A stretch of DNA of 64,000 nucleotides from Balneola sp. (GCA_017643645.1 JAEPNB010000001.1:450049-514048); one strand, 5' to 3'. Numbered from the stretch's first letter, positions 10,397 through 20,223 are shown. Program-made: numbers and translations. Notes: generated by a model from the sequence alone, not told the origin.

Positions 10397-11177
10397 TCAT
10401 ATTTTTGAAATTAAAGACTTTCTTGTTGAAAAGGGATTTCCCGATAAGATCGAAGCCGTAGTAATATTAGGTTCCGGGCTAGGTGATTTTGGGGATGAAA
10501 TTCAGAATCAAACGGTTATTCCCTATTCAGAAATTCCGAACTTTCCGCAATCGACGGTACAAGGACATTCCGGAGCTTTGATATTTGGCGAAGTAGAAGG
10601 AAAAACCACATTAGCTTTTTCCGGCCGCTTCCATTTTTACGAAGGATATGGATTTGATAAAACGGTTATTCCTGTTCATTTGGCTTATGCATTTGATGCT
10701 GATAAACTGCTGGTCTCCAATGCCGCCGGTGGCATTAATCTCGATTTCAGAGTTGGCGATCTGATGGTGATAGAAGATATTATCAAACAGAATATGGATT
10801 TAAAAGCAGCTCCTTCTTCTAAAAAGTGGTCGCTTGATCTTTATCCGGTTGCAGATCGGGTTCAACAAATAGCTCATGATGTCGGGGTAGCTACCAAGCG
10901 CGGAACTTATCTTTACGTGAAAGGACCTAACTATGAGACCAAAGCAGAGATCAAAGCTTTCCGAATGATTGGTGGAGATTCAGTTGGAATGAGTACCGCT
11001 CCCGAATTGATGGAAGCTGCCCGACTTGGAATTAGATCAGCGGCTGTCTCACTAATTACTAATGCGGCTGCCGGAGTTACCGATCAGAAATTAGATCACG
11101 CAGAAGTAAAAGAAGCCGCCGAAATGAAGAAAGGCGAGTTTGCTGAGTTGGTTAAGGGTTTGATTAGGGAATTTTGA
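10383..11177 (+). CDS. Purine nucleoside phosphorylase (trimeric PNP type)
   Basis: GSGLG, GRFHFYEGY, SNAAGGIN, GPNYETKAEIKAFRMIGGDSVGMSTAPE, ITNAAAG. Confidence 0.88.
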   Translation: MSLPDHIFEIKDFLVEKGFPDKIEAVVILGSGLGDFGDEIQNQTVIPYSEIPNFPQSTVQGHSGALIFGEVEGKTTLAFSGRFHFYEGYGFDKTVIPVHLAYAFDADKLLVSNAAGGINLDFRVGDLMVIEDIIKQNMDLKAAPSSKKWSLDLYPVADRVQQIAHDVGVATKRGTYLYVKGPNYETKAEIKAFRMIGGDSVGMSTAPELMEAARLGIRSAAVSLITNAAAGVTDQKLDHAEVKEAAEMKKGEFAELVKGLIREF

Positions 11178-11750
11178 ATGATGTCAGAAATTAGCCTAGA
11201 TCTTTTATCTAATTTAAAGAAAAGTAGATCTATTCTATCTATTAGAAGAGATAACATAGATTCGCATAGAATTCAAGGGTTCTTGTTAGATTATTCTGAT
11301 GAGATAATTTTGTTACAATATATTAGTGATTTTAGAATGGACGGTCTAATGATTTTAAAAAGATCTGATATAACTGAAATCGAGTCTGATAAAACCGATT
11401 CTTTTCAAACTCAAATTTTAAAAGACGACGGTATCTTTGATAAAATTCAGTTTAATACTGTTTATAAAGTTGATAATCTGCATTGCTTCTTCTTGAGTCT
11501 AAAAAAAATTAATGAGAAAGAGTTGGTTATTCTGGAAAATGAAACTTCTGATCCACCTATTTTTTGTTTAGGAAGAGTTGAAATGATTGGAAGGAAATCA
11601 ATATCTATTAAAAGCTTTAGTGGTCGTGCAAAATGGAAAGAAGAATCAGAAATTTTCGATTTTAACGATATTAATTCTGTACAAATTCAAAGTAGCTATA
11701 TCAAAGGCTATCAACGCTATTTTGACAGAAATCCAGATTCTTGGATTTAG
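11178..11750 (+). CDS. Hypothetical protein (AT-rich orphan)
   Basis: 190-aa ORF starting at TGAATG directly after the PNP gene. By eye it is clearly more AT-rich than its neighbours. No motifs recognised. Confidence 0.5.
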   Translation: MMSEISLDLLSNLKKSRSILSIRRDNIDSHRIQGFLLDYSDEIILLQYISDFRMDGLMILKRSDITEIESDKTDSFQTQILKDDGIFDKIQFNTVYKVDNLHCFFLSLKKINEKELVILENETSDPPIFCLGRVEMIGRKSISIKSFSGRAKWKEESEIFDFNDINSVQIQSSYIKGYQRYFDRNPDSWI

Positions 11751-11819
11751 GACTCCTTGTCTATCATGATATCGACTTTGATTAAAAAATTAAGCTGGTA
11801 ATTAAGTTCTTTTCATTAC

Positions 11820-11917
11820 AGATCCTGAATCAAGTCCAGGATGACGTAATAGTGTAGTTTGTCTTAAACTTCTCGTCATGCTGAACAGCGAACGAAGTGA
11901 GTGTGATTCAGAATCTA
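11820..11917. repeat. Nested palindromic element, permuted variant (outer arms AGATCCTGAATCA/TGATTCAGAATCT, inner arms CAGGATGACG/CGTCATGCTG)
   Basis: Read directly. 11820-11832 pairs with 11905-11917, and 11837-11846 pairs with 11875-11884. It shares the GTCAT..CTGA and AGATC words with the 31557-31648 variant. Confidence 0.6.
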
Positions 11918-12040
11918 CAATTAAGACTCGATCCGTCAGTTCAACATTCAGAATATTTTAGTTCAGTATTCAATATTCAAAAACTTTCCCACCCTCTCCC
12001 ACTGCTCTTCTTAAAACATCAAAACAGCCTTTGAAATGAA

Positions 12041-12060
12041 TGTGGAAAACTTTTTCCACA
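12041..12060. promoter_or_regulatory. Perfect 9+2+9 palindrome TGTGGAAAA-CT-TTTTCCACA upstream of the dcw promoter
   Basis: Read directly. It lies 17 nt upstream of the TTGACA box. Its function is unknown and could be an operator, an upstream terminator or an RNA hairpin. Confidence 0.4.
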
Positions 12061-12076
12061 TTCATAAACAAATTTC

Positions 12077-12106
12077 TTGACACATATTATAAATTTAGGG
12101 TACATT
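12077..12106 (+). promoter_or_regulatory. Candidate dcw (Pmra-like) promoter TTGACA-N18-TACATT
   Basis: TTGACA at 12077-12082 and TACATT at 12101-12106, immediately upstream of the MraZ boxes and 78 nt upstream of the mraZ start. Confidence 0.45.
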
Positions 12107-12131
12107 GTGGGGTGATGTGGGAGATAGTGGG
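12107..12131 (+). promoter_or_regulatory. MraZ operator: three direct GTGGG repeats with exact 10-bp phasing
   Basis: GTGGG at 12107, 12117 and 12127 (GTGGGGTGAT GTGGGAGATA GTGGGG). This matches the TGGGN-N5 direct-repeat operator described for E. coli MraZ. Its position abuts the promoter upstream of mraZ. Confidence 0.7.
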
Positions 12132-12183
12132 GACTACTCCTTAATCACATAATTTAGCAATCTTCAATACCTCTGAGGGAATC

Positions 12184-12654
12184 GTGCCTAGTTTTAAAGG
12201 ACAATACGAGCATTCTATAGACGATAAAGGTCGTGTAGCCTTCCCTGCCAAACTACGCAAAAATCTCAGTCCGGACGCACAAGAAAAGTTCACAATTGTA
12301 CGCGGTCAATCTGAAGAATGCCTCTATCTATACCCCGAAAATGAATGGCAAGCTGTGGAAAAGAAACTTTCTACCGTAAATTCCTTCAGCAAAAAAGGCC
12401 GTTTAGTTAAAAGATATTTACTCCGTTTTGCAGAAGATCTATCCCTCGATAAGCAAAACCGTATCGCCCTCCCCTCCGATCATATAGAATATTCAGCCAT
12501 TGACTCAAAAGTAGTTTTTATCGGAATGGGTGAACATATAGAGATCTGGTCCCCAGCTAAATTAGATGAAGCCGACGAGAATGTAAGCGCTGAATCAATA
12601 GAAGAAATCTTTGAGCAAGTGCTCGGAGGAGATCTTGAAAATGATGGTGATTGA
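12184..12654 (+). CDS. mraZ: Transcriptional regulator MraZ
   Basis: GTG start. N-terminus FKGQYEHSIDDKGRVAFPAKLR, and a second SpoVT/AbrB-like repeat DKQNRIALPSDH. It is the first gene of the dcw cluster. Confidence 0.92.
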   Translation: MPSFKGQYEHSIDDKGRVAFPAKLRKNLSPDAQEKFTIVRGQSEECLYLYPENEWQAVEKKLSTVNSFSKKGRLVKRYLLRFAEDLSLDKQNRIALPSDHIEYSAIDSKVVFIGMGEHIEIWSPAKLDEADENVSAESIEEIFEQVLGGDLENDGD

Positions 12655-12655
12655 G

Positions 12656-13582
12656 ATGACTACATACCACGAGCATATTCCGGTAATGCTGAAAGAATGT
12701 ATGGAAGGCTTAATCACCGATGATAACGCTATATATATAGACGCAACTCTTGGTGGTGGCGGACATTCTAAAGAAATTCTCGCTCGTCTTGGCGAAAACG
12801 CAACACTTTATGGCATCGATCAGGATGATGAAGCTATTGCTGCAGCCACGGCTCGTATCGGAGAAGATGAACGTTTTAAAACGATAAAAGGCAATTTCGG
12901 CTATCTGTCAACACTTCTACCTCCCCCTGTAAAAGGACAGGTAGCCGGAATCCTACTTGATCTTGGAGTTTCAACGCATCAGATCAAAGAAGCAGAACGT
13001 GGATTCAGTTTTCAGGAAGATGGTCCTCTTGATATGAGAATGGGGAATCTTTCTGGTGTTTCAGCATATCAGGTGGTTAACAATTATGACTATGAAACAC
13101 TTCGCGACGTGATCTTCCATTATGGCGAAGAGCGTGCTAGTCGTCAGATAGCCAAAGAAATTATCAATAACAGACCTATTGAAACTACCGGTGAACTTGC
13201 AGCTATTATAAAGGAATTGGTTCCTGCTAAATTCGCTGTGAAATCGCTGGCTAGAGTATTTCAGGGAATACGAATTGAAGTAAACCGTGAATTAGATGTT
13301 TTAAAAGATGTTCTTACTCAATCTTTAGAAGTCTTAAAGCCAGGCGGTCGTATTGTGGTGATGTCTTATCATTCCCTGGAAGATCGTATTGTTAAAAAAT
13401 TCTTTAAAGCCGGAAATCTGGATGGAAAGCTCGAAAAAGATTTCTACGGCAACATAATTTCCCCACTAAAAGCTGTCAATCGACAGATCATAACCCCTTC
13501 ACCCGAAGAGGTTGCTAAAAACCCCGCTGCCCGGAGCGCTAAACTCCGGATAGCTGAGAAAAACAGCGGAGGTAGTCAATGA
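12656..13582 (+). CDS. rsmH: 16S rRNA (cytosine1402-N4)-methyltransferase RsmH
   Basis: MTTYHEHIPVMLKECMEGL..., DATLGGGGHS, LLDLGVSTHQ, SYHSLEDRIVK. I prefer the ATG at 12656, just after the mraZ stop, over the ORF-track start at 12611. Confidence 0.9.
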   Translation: MTTYHEHIPVMLKECMEGLITDDNAIYIDATLGGGGHSKEILARLGENATLYGIDQDDEAIAAATARIGEDERFKTIKGNFGYLSTLLPPPVKGQVAGILLDLGVSTHQIKEAERGFSFQEDGPLDMRMGNLSGVSAYQVVNNYDYETLRDVIFHYGEERASRQIAKEIINNRPIETTGELAAIIKELVPAKFAVKSLARVFQGIRIEVNRELDVLKDVLTQSLEVLKPGGRIVVMSYHSLEDRIVKKFFKAGNLDGKLEKDFYGNIISPLKAVNRQIITPSPEEVAKNPAARSAKLRIAEKNSGGSQ

Positions 13583-13998
13583 TCGTGCAATCCCCACTTA
13601 AAAAGCGCGAAACCCGACCTAACCTCCGTAAAGTTCCTTTACCTGACATAGAATCCCCATCTTCATCCCCAAAAGGAAACAGATCTTCAGGTAAAAAAGC
13701 AGGAAAGTCGGTAAGAAAAACTATTCGGGGTATTAAGCCCTGGAAAGTGATTCTTACAACTATTGCTATAGGCGTATTCGGATTTCTGTATCTGACACAT
13801 GTTTTTGCTACACAAAAACTGTTAGAAGAAGTCCAAAAGCTCGAAAGTGAATACAATAAAGTGCGCACTCAGCATGACGCCTTAAAATTACAGTATGATC
13901 GCATGGTTGGTCCCGCTGAAATCTACGAAAAAGCAGAAAAAGCCGGTTTTATAAACGGTGGTCCTGCTGACAAACTGATTGAGGTTAAAAGTAGATGA
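13579..13998 (+). CDS. ftsL: FtsL-like cell division protein
   Basis: 139 aa with one TM helix (ILTTIAIGVFGFLYLTHVF) followed by a coiled coil (LLEEVQKLESEYNKVRTQHDALKLQYDRM). It sits in the canonical slot between rsmH and ftsI with 4-nt overlaps on both sides. Confidence 0.65.
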   Translation: MIVQSPLKKRETRPNLRKVPLPDIESPSSSPKGNRSSGKKAGKSVRKTIRGIKPWKVILTTIAIGVFGFLYLTHVFATQKLLEEVQKLESEYNKVRTQHDALKLQYDRMVGPAEIYEKAEKAGFINGGPADKLIEVKSR

Positions 13999-16163
13999 CA
14001 GAAAGAACTTCCATATTAAGCAGGATGTTTTTGGTGTTCGGACTGTTGTTGCTCATACCTTGTGTATTGGCTTTTCAATTAGTTCGCATCAATTACCTGG
14101 AAGGAGAAGAATTGCGTTTGCTATGGAGTAAACAAGCGATCGATTCTATTCCTATCCCCGCACAACGTGGAAATATCTACGATGCTAACGGAACCTTGCT
14201 TGCTACTAATGCTGCTAATTACCTGATCGCGTTGGATCCTAAAGTAAAAGATGCGAGTGGAAAATCAGTTACACAAGAGCAGATTAACCAATTAGCAGTT
14301 ACTTTAGCTAAGCAAACCAATCAGTCTCCATCTTACTTCAAGAAAAGAATTAGTGAAGCTCCTTCACATTCTCAGTATATCATACTTGCAAAGAACCTGT
14401 CTCCTGTTTCAAGGGATGCCGTTCGCGAATTAGATATAAAAGGAGTCATCATTGAGGAGAGTTTCAGCAGAAAATACACCTTTGGTTCTCTGGCTGCTCA
14501 TTCCTTAGGTTTTGTAAATCATAATATGGATGGCAAAACAGGCCTGGAAGCCTATTATGATACAGAGTTAAAAGGTGAAAATGGAGTTCAGCAAGTTCGT
14601 CGTGACCCAAGAAATCAAATTTCTGCTTATGTAGGAGCTCCAAAAAAGCTTCCGGAGAATGGTCATTCCATACACACCACTATCGACTCCTACATTCAGG
14701 CCATTCTGGAAGATGAACTAAAGAAAGGTGTGGAAAAGCATCTTGCTGAATACGGAACCGGAATTATTATAGATCCTAAGACCGGAGCCATTAAAGCAAT
14801 GGCTAACTATCCGACTTATGATCCGAATTATCCGGGCAGTAACGAAAATGAAAATCGAAGAAATTTCGCCATTTCTGATATGGTGGAACCGGGTTCAACC
14901 TTTAAGTTAGTAACTGCAATCGCAGCTGTAGAGCAAAACAAGGTAGATTTTAATGAAATTTTTGAAACTCCTGAATCCGGCGAAGTGGAAATTCATGGAT
15001 TAACTCTCCGTGATCACGATCCACTTGGAAATATGACTTTTCAGGAAGTCATTCAGAAATCTTCAAATGTGGCTACCGCTGAAATTGCCATGCGGTTAAA
15101 GCCTGAAGTTTTTTATCAATATGCCAGAAATTTGGGTTTTGGTGCTGAAACCAATATTGATCTTTCCGGTGAAGTAGCAGGAATTCTGAACAAACCATAC
15201 GACTGGAGTTTGGTGAGCCTTCCATGGATGAGTCATGGGTACGAAGTTTTAGCAACACCATTACAAGTAACTCAGGCTTATGCTGCTTTTGCTAATGAAG
15301 GGATGTTGATGCGTCCTTATCTGGTCGACAAAATTGAAGACCAAAACGGAAATGTTGTTTTGGATAACACACCGGTTGAAATTCGTCGTGTTGCCAGAAA
15401 GAAAACACTTCAAAAAATACTTCCGATTTTTGAAAGCGTCGTAACAGATTCCGGAACAGGAGAATGGGCACAGATCGATGGTTTGAGAATCGCAGGAAAA
15501 ACAGGCACCGCTAAAAAAGTGTATCAAGGCCGTTATTCTAATAAATATCTCGCCTCTTTTGTAGGATTTTTCCCGACTGAGGATCCAAAGTATGTTTGTC
15601 TGATCATGTTGAATGAGCCAAAAACAAGTGGATACGGAGGCTATACTGCAGGTCCTATTTTCAGAGAAACAGCGAAAAGAATTGCAGGTTTAGATGGCGA
15701 TATACAACGAAGTATGTCACCACAAGAAGAACCTGAATTAATTACAAAAGCTCCATCACTCATAGGAATCGGAAAAGAAGAAAGCGAAGAGATCCTTAAG
15801 AAATTTGAAATCCCTTATACCATTGAGGGGAAATCAGGGTATGTAGTTTCACAAACTATTGAACCGGGCAGCCCTCTTCCCGGAAAAGACAAAATTATTC
15901 TCACTTTATCGGAAACCTATTTACCTGTTGACAGTTCGAAGGTTAAAGAAGGCTTTGCAGAAGTTCCCGAACTTCGAGGAATGAGCATGCGTCAGGCAAC
16001 CACCATTTTAGCGGAACTTGGATTAGATGTAAAATCATATCGTTCCGGTACTGTTGAGAGACAGTTTCCAAAAGCAGGTGACATGATGAGACTTGGCAGT
16101 TCTGTTACCATCCGCGGCAAAGCAAAATCACTTGAACTTGTAGCCATGGAGGACCGAGATTGA
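13995..16163 (+). CDS. ftsI: Penicillin-binding protein (FtsI/PBP3-type transpeptidase) with two C-terminal PASTA domains
   Basis: SxxK (GSTFK), SSN and KTGT motifs plus an N-terminal TM anchor. The C-terminal PASTA-like repeats are APSLIGIGKEESEEILKKFEIPYTIEG and VPELRGMSMRQATTILAELGLDVKS. Confidence 0.88.
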   Translation: MTERTSILSRMFLVFGLLLLIPCVLAFQLVRINYLEGEELRLLWSKQAIDSIPIPAQRGNIYDANGTLLATNAANYLIALDPKVKDASGKSVTQEQINQLAVTLAKQTNQSPSYFKKRISEAPSHSQYIILAKNLSPVSRDAVRELDIKGVIIEESFSRKYTFGSLAAHSLGFVNHNMDGKTGLEAYYDTELKGENGVQQVRRDPRNQISAYVGAPKKLPENGHSIHTTIDSYIQAILEDELKKGVEKHLAEYGTGIIIDPKTGAIKAMANYPTYDPNYPGSNENENRRNFAISDMVEPGSTFKLVTAIAAVEQNKVDFNEIFETPESGEVEIHGLTLRDHDPLGNMTFQEVIQKSSNVATAEIAMRLKPEVFYQYARNLGFGAETNIDLSGEVAGILNKPYDWSLVSLPWMSHGYEVLATPLQVTQAYAAFANEGMLMRPYLVDKIEDQNGNVVLDNTPVEIRRVARKKTLQKILPIFESVVTDSGTGEWAQIDGLRIAGKTGTAKKVYQGRYSNKYLASFVGFFPTEDPKYVCLIMLNEPKTSGYGGYTAGPIFRETAKRIAGLDGDIQRSMSPQEEPELITKAPSLIGIGKEESEEILKKFEIPYTIEGKSGYVVSQTIEPGSPLPGKDKIILTLSETYLPVDSSKVKEGFAEVPELRGMSMRQATTILAELGLDVKSYRSGTVERQFPKAGDMMRLGSSVTIRGKAKSLELVAMEDRD

Positions 16164-17620
16164 ATACAAATGATCTCATAGAATTTATCAACCCGTTAAA
16201 TACTTCCCGTTTTAAACCGGAAGGTGAAGTTGGTCCGCTTGTCCAGGATTCACGTCAGGTTACAGAAGGTTCTGTTTTCATAGCCATCCGAGGTACTGAG
16301 GTAGATGGACATATGTTTTTGGAAGATGCCATCCATCGCGGAGCAAAGGTAATTATCTGTGAAGAATCTTATTACACCGATGCTGAAGTGTGCGTAATTG
16401 AAGTTGAAAATACACGATCATTGATAGGACCTTTAGCTCAAAAAATGGCAGGGAACCCTGGTGATCAACTAAAGATAATTGGCATAACGGGTACCAACGG
16501 GAAAACCACAACTGCTACTTTAGTCTATCAGGCACTTACCGAACTCGGCGAGAAAGTTTCTCTTTTAGGAACTGTGGAAAAAAAGATCCTAACAGAATCT
16601 TTAGATAGCAGGTTAACTACTGCTGACCCAATTGAGCTTGCTGCCGATATGAAAAAGATGGTTGAAGCAGGTTCAGAATATTTGGTTATGGAAGTGTCTT
16701 CTCACGCTCTTCATCAGGCCCGGGTTGGTGGTTTTGATTTCAAAGTAGCTGCCTTCACTAATCTTTCGCAGGATCATCTCGATTATCACGAGACTATCGA
16801 AGAATATGCCGCTGCTAAGAAAATTCTATTTGATGGATTGAAACCGGAATCATCTGCAATCATCAACATGGATGATTCTTATGGATCTTTTATTGCTAAT
16901 GGGATCTCCGCTCATATTTCAGAACTTTCGTTCGGAAAAAACGCCCAAATCTTAAGTAATTCTGCACAAGGGCTAAAAATTTCAGTCGATGGATCCGAAA
17001 TTTCTTCGTCATTGGTGGGGCATTTTAATGCATTTAATCTGGCTGAGGCTTTTATGATCTGTATCGAACTTGGTCATGACAAGCAAGGAATTGCTTCAGC
17101 ACTTTCATCTGTGCCGGGCGCTCCGGGGAGAATGGAATCTGTAAGTTTAGATTTAGAAACAGCTCTGCCGAAAGTTATTGTTGATTACGCACACACGCCT
17201 CATGCACTTGAAAATGTTCTGAAAACATTATCCGAGTCTCGCATTACAAATCAGTTTATTTATTGTGTTTTTGGTGCCGGCGGTGACAGAGATTCAGGGA
17301 AGAGACCTAAAATGGCAAAAGCAGCTTCAGAATATGCGGATGAAATCATTGTAACCAGTGATAATCCAAGAACTGAAAATCCGGATCTGATCATCGCTGA
17401 TATTTTGCAGGGATTTGAAAATACTGACAATGTTGTAACTATCACTTCCCGAAAAGAAGCCATTTTTAAATCTATTGAACTGGCTTCTTCAAATGATATC
17501 ATTCTTATTGCCGGAAAAGGACATGAAGATTATCAGGAAATTGATGGAAAACGATATCCTTTTGATGACCGATTAGTTGCAAAAGAAGCTCTCGAACTTA
17601 AAGCCAAAGGAGGATTCTGA
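16160..17620 (+). CDS. murE: UDP-N-acetylmuramoyl-L-alanyl-D-glutamate--2,6-diaminopimelate ligase
   Basis: GITGTNGKTTT P-loop and the DNPR motif (SDNPRTENP), which is typical of meso-DAP-adding MurE. Position in dcw supports the call. Confidence 0.9.
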   Translation: MNTNDLIEFINPLNTSRFKPEGEVGPLVQDSRQVTEGSVFIAIRGTEVDGHMFLEDAIHRGAKVIICEESYYTDAEVCVIEVENTRSLIGPLAQKMAGNPGDQLKIIGITGTNGKTTTATLVYQALTELGEKVSLLGTVEKKILTESLDSRLTTADPIELAADMKKMVEAGSEYLVMEVSSHALHQARVGGFDFKVAAFTNLSQDHLDYHETIEEYAAAKKILFDGLKPESSAIINMDDSYGSFIANGISAHISELSFGKNAQILSNSAQGLKISVDGSEISSSLVGHFNAFNLAEAFMICIELGHDKQGIASALSSVPGAPGRMESVSLDLETALPKVIVDYAHTPHALENVLKTLSESRITNQFIYCVFGAGGDRDSGKRPKMAKAASEYADEIIVTSDNPRTENPDLIIADILQGFENTDNVVTITSRKEAIFKSIELASSNDIILIAGKGHEDYQEIDGKRYPFDDRLVAKEALELKAKGGF

Positions 17621-18756
17621 TGCTATACGAATTATTCTCCTGGCTTGATACTGCATTTGACTTCCCGGGAGCCGGAGCGTTTGAATATATCTCCACAAGA
17701 ACGGGATTGGCTGCTGTGACTTCCGTGATCATAAGCCTGATCATTGGACGAAGAATTATCAAATGGCTTAGTAATATGCAACTTAAAGAGGTGATCCGTG
17801 ACGATGTTGGATTGGATCATCACCAAGCTAAAGCCGGAACTCCTTCTATGGGTGGAGTCATTATTCTGCTTGCGGTGATCATTCCTTCTATCCTGTTCAT
17901 GAAAATGGATAGCGTATATGCCTGGCTCATTGTATTTGTGATAATTGCACTAGGGCTTGTTGGTTTTGTGGATGATTACATCAAAGTTGTGAAGAAAGAC
18001 AAAAGTGGACTGGCCGGACGATTTAAGATAGTTGGTCAAGTCAGCGTTGGAATTGTTGTAGGAGCTGTATTGTATTTCCATCCTGATTTTGCTGATGTGA
18101 ATACACTTTCAACAGTTCCTTTCCTCAAGAACGTGAATATTGATTACGCTTTCTTTGGAGAAGACCTTGGCTGGATGATATTTATCCCAGTTGCCGTATT
18201 TGTGATAACTGCAGTAAGCAATGCCACAAACTTAACAGACGGCCTAGACGGATTGGCTTCAGGTGTTTCTGCGATCTGCGGGTTTGTATTTGCAATTTTT
18301 GCTTATGTATCGGGCAGAACTGACTTGTCAGGGTATTTAGACATTATGTATTTACCGGGCGCCGGTGAACTCACTATTTTTTGTGCTGCACTGATCGGAG
18401 GCTGTATGGGGTTTTTGTGGTATAACACCAATCCCGCATCAGTATTTATGGGTGATACCGGTTCTTTGGCACTTGGTGGAGCTTTTGGAGCTTTGGGGCT
18501 GATGCTTCACAAAGAGCTGCTTCTCCCCTTCATTTGTGGTGTATTTTTCTTTGAAACGCTTTCTGTGATCATTCAAACTACCTACTTCAAGTACACTAAG
18601 AAGAAGTATGGCGTAGGAAAACGAGTGTTTTTAATGACTCCGATCCATCATCACTTTGAGAAAAAAGGATGGTCGGAACAAAAGATCGTAGTTCGATTCT
18701 GGATCATTACGGTGATGCTGGGAATTTTGAGCCTTCTAACATTGAAGATCAGATAA
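17620..18756 (+). CDS. mraY: Phospho-N-acetylmuramoyl-pentapeptide transferase
   Basis: Polytopic membrane protein with NATNLTDGLDGLA, MGDTGSLALGG and PIHHHFE motifs. Confidence 0.93.
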   Translation: MLYELFSWLDTAFDFPGAGAFEYISTRTGLAAVTSVIISLIIGRRIIKWLSNMQLKEVIRDDVGLDHHQAKAGTPSMGGVIILLAVIIPSILFMKMDSVYAWLIVFVIIALGLVGFVDDYIKVVKKDKSGLAGRFKIVGQVSVGIVVGAVLYFHPDFADVNTLSTVPFLKNVNIDYAFFGEDLGWMIFIPVAVFVITAVSNATNLTDGLDGLASGVSAICGFVFAIFAYVSGRTDLSGYLDIMYLPGAGELTIFCAALIGGCMGFLWYNTNPASVFMGDTGSLALGGAFGALGLMLHKELLLPFICGVFFFETLSVIIQTTYFKYTKKKYGVGKRVFLMTPIHHHFEKKGWSEQKIVVRFWIITVMLGILSLLTLKIR

Positions 18757-20108
18757 TGGATGTAGCTAACAAACATATCGTTGTTATTGGCGCTGCCAGA
18801 AGTGGTATTGCTGCAGCTATTCTTCTCAAGACAAAAGGAGCTGATGTTTTTGTGTCTGATTATGGAGTCATTAAAGATGACTGGAAACAGAATCTTGTAA
18901 ATGCCCAAATCGATTTTGAAGAAAACGGACATTCGGACAAAGCAAAACAAGCTGATTTTGTAGTACTAAGTCCGGGCGTTCCTACAGAATCACCAATAAT
19001 TCAGTTTTATCTGAATGCAGGGAAAAAAGTCTATTCCGAAATAGAAGCAGCAAGTTGGTTCACGGATCAAAGAATTATAGCAACAACCGGTAGCAATGGA
19101 AAAACCACCGTTACTAACTGGTTAGATTATGTATGGAAAACGGCTAAAAGAGATCATTCTGTTTCAGGAAATATAGGAGTAGCATTTTCGGATGTTGTTG
19201 ATGGATCAGATGGCGACTTCATACTTGAGATCAGCAGCTTTCAATTGGATCATATTGACACATTCAAGCCAACAATAAGTTTGTTGCTGAATATCACTCC
19301 GGATCATTTGAACAGATACGGTAACAGCGTTGAAGCTTATGCTGCTTCAAAATTCAGAATTACAGAAAATCAGACGGAAGAGGATTGGTTCATATTCAAT
19401 TATGATGATCCGATCATAAAAAGCCACGTGGAATCGCTTCAGAAAAAAGAAGACGCTCCAAAACTATGGGCTTTTTCATACAACAATGAAGTGCCGGAAG
19501 GTGCTTTTGTACGCGACGAACATATCATCTTCAAATTCAACAACAAGGAAGAAACGCTTATGCCGGTATATGAAGTAGGCCTTAGTGGAAATCACAACTT
19601 GAACAATGGATTAGCAACGGCTTTAGCTGCACGTGCGGCTGAAATTAAAAACGAAGCTATTCGCGAAAGTCTTCAATCTTTCATGGGCGTTGAACATCGC
19701 CTTGAGAAAGTAAGAGATGTAGACGGCGTGAAATATGTAAACGACAGCAAAGCTACTAACGTAAATGCTGTTTGGTTCGCTTTAGACAGTTTTCAGGTGC
19801 CAATGACATTGATTCTAGGCGGTCGGGACAAAGGAAATGATTACAGCGAGATCGTTGATCAGATCAAAGAAAAGGTTCATACGATCATTGCAATTGGAGA
19901 ATCAAAGGATCGGGTTGAAGATCAGCTGGGTGAAGTGGTTCCTAATTTTGTAAAAGCTGAAAGTATGATGAAAGCAGTGCGTGCAGCTCAAAAAGTAGCA
20001 AAACGAGGTGAAGTTGTATTACTGAGTCCTGCATGTGCCTCATTTGACATGTTCGATGATTACGAGCACAGAGGAAAAGTATTTAAAGAAGAAGTTTATA
20101 AGCTCTGA
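18756..20108 (+). CDS. murD: UDP-N-acetylmuramoylalanine--D-glutamate ligase
   Basis: The ATG at 18756 overlaps the mraY stop (TAATG). The protein starts MDVANKHIVVIGAARSGIAAA and contains TGSNGKTT. The ORF-track start at 18669 is an upstream extension inside mraY. Confidence 0.9.
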   Translation: MDVANKHIVVIGAARSGIAAAILLKTKGADVFVSDYGVIKDDWKQNLVNAQIDFEENGHSDKAKQADFVVLSPGVPTESPIIQFYLNAGKKVYSEIEAASWFTDQRIIATTGSNGKTTVTNWLDYVWKTAKRDHSVSGNIGVAFSDVVDGSDGDFILEISSFQLDHIDTFKPTISLLLNITPDHLNRYGNSVEAYAASKFRITENQTEEDWFIFNYDDPIIKSHVESLQKKEDAPKLWAFSYNNEVPEGAFVRDEHIIFKFNNKEETLMPVYEVGLSGNHNLNNGLATALAARAAEIKNEAIRESLQSFMGVEHRLEKVRDVDGVKYVNDSKATNVNAVWFALDSFQVPMTLILGGRDKGNDYSEIVDQIKEKVHTIIAIGESKDRVEDQLGEVVPNFVKAESMMKAVRAAQKVAKRGEVVLLSPACASFDMFDDYEHRGKVFKEEVYKL

Positions 20109-20223
20109 AGAGCTAAATGACAAAACCCAAAATTCAAATGACAAACAAATTTCAAATACCAAACGCTGAAAATCCTAATAAGGGGTTAACTGTGATTTGC
20201 TATTTGAACATTGAAATTTACGA

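Noticed and set aside
16160-18756. Absence of murF (and ddl) from the dcw cluster as an anomaly
   Set aside because: murE is followed directly by mraY with a 1-nt overlap, so nothing has been deleted locally. To my knowledge this murF-less order is the usual one in Bacteroidota-like genomes, and murF is presumably encoded elsewhere.
20109-20223. Possible additional word-hairpin in the murD-ftsW spacer (AAATTTCAA ... TTGAAATTT, plus CAAATA/TATTTG)
   Set aside because: It has only ~9 contiguous AT-only base pairs around a ~50-nt loop. I cannot distinguish that from chance in AT-rich spacer DNA by eye.
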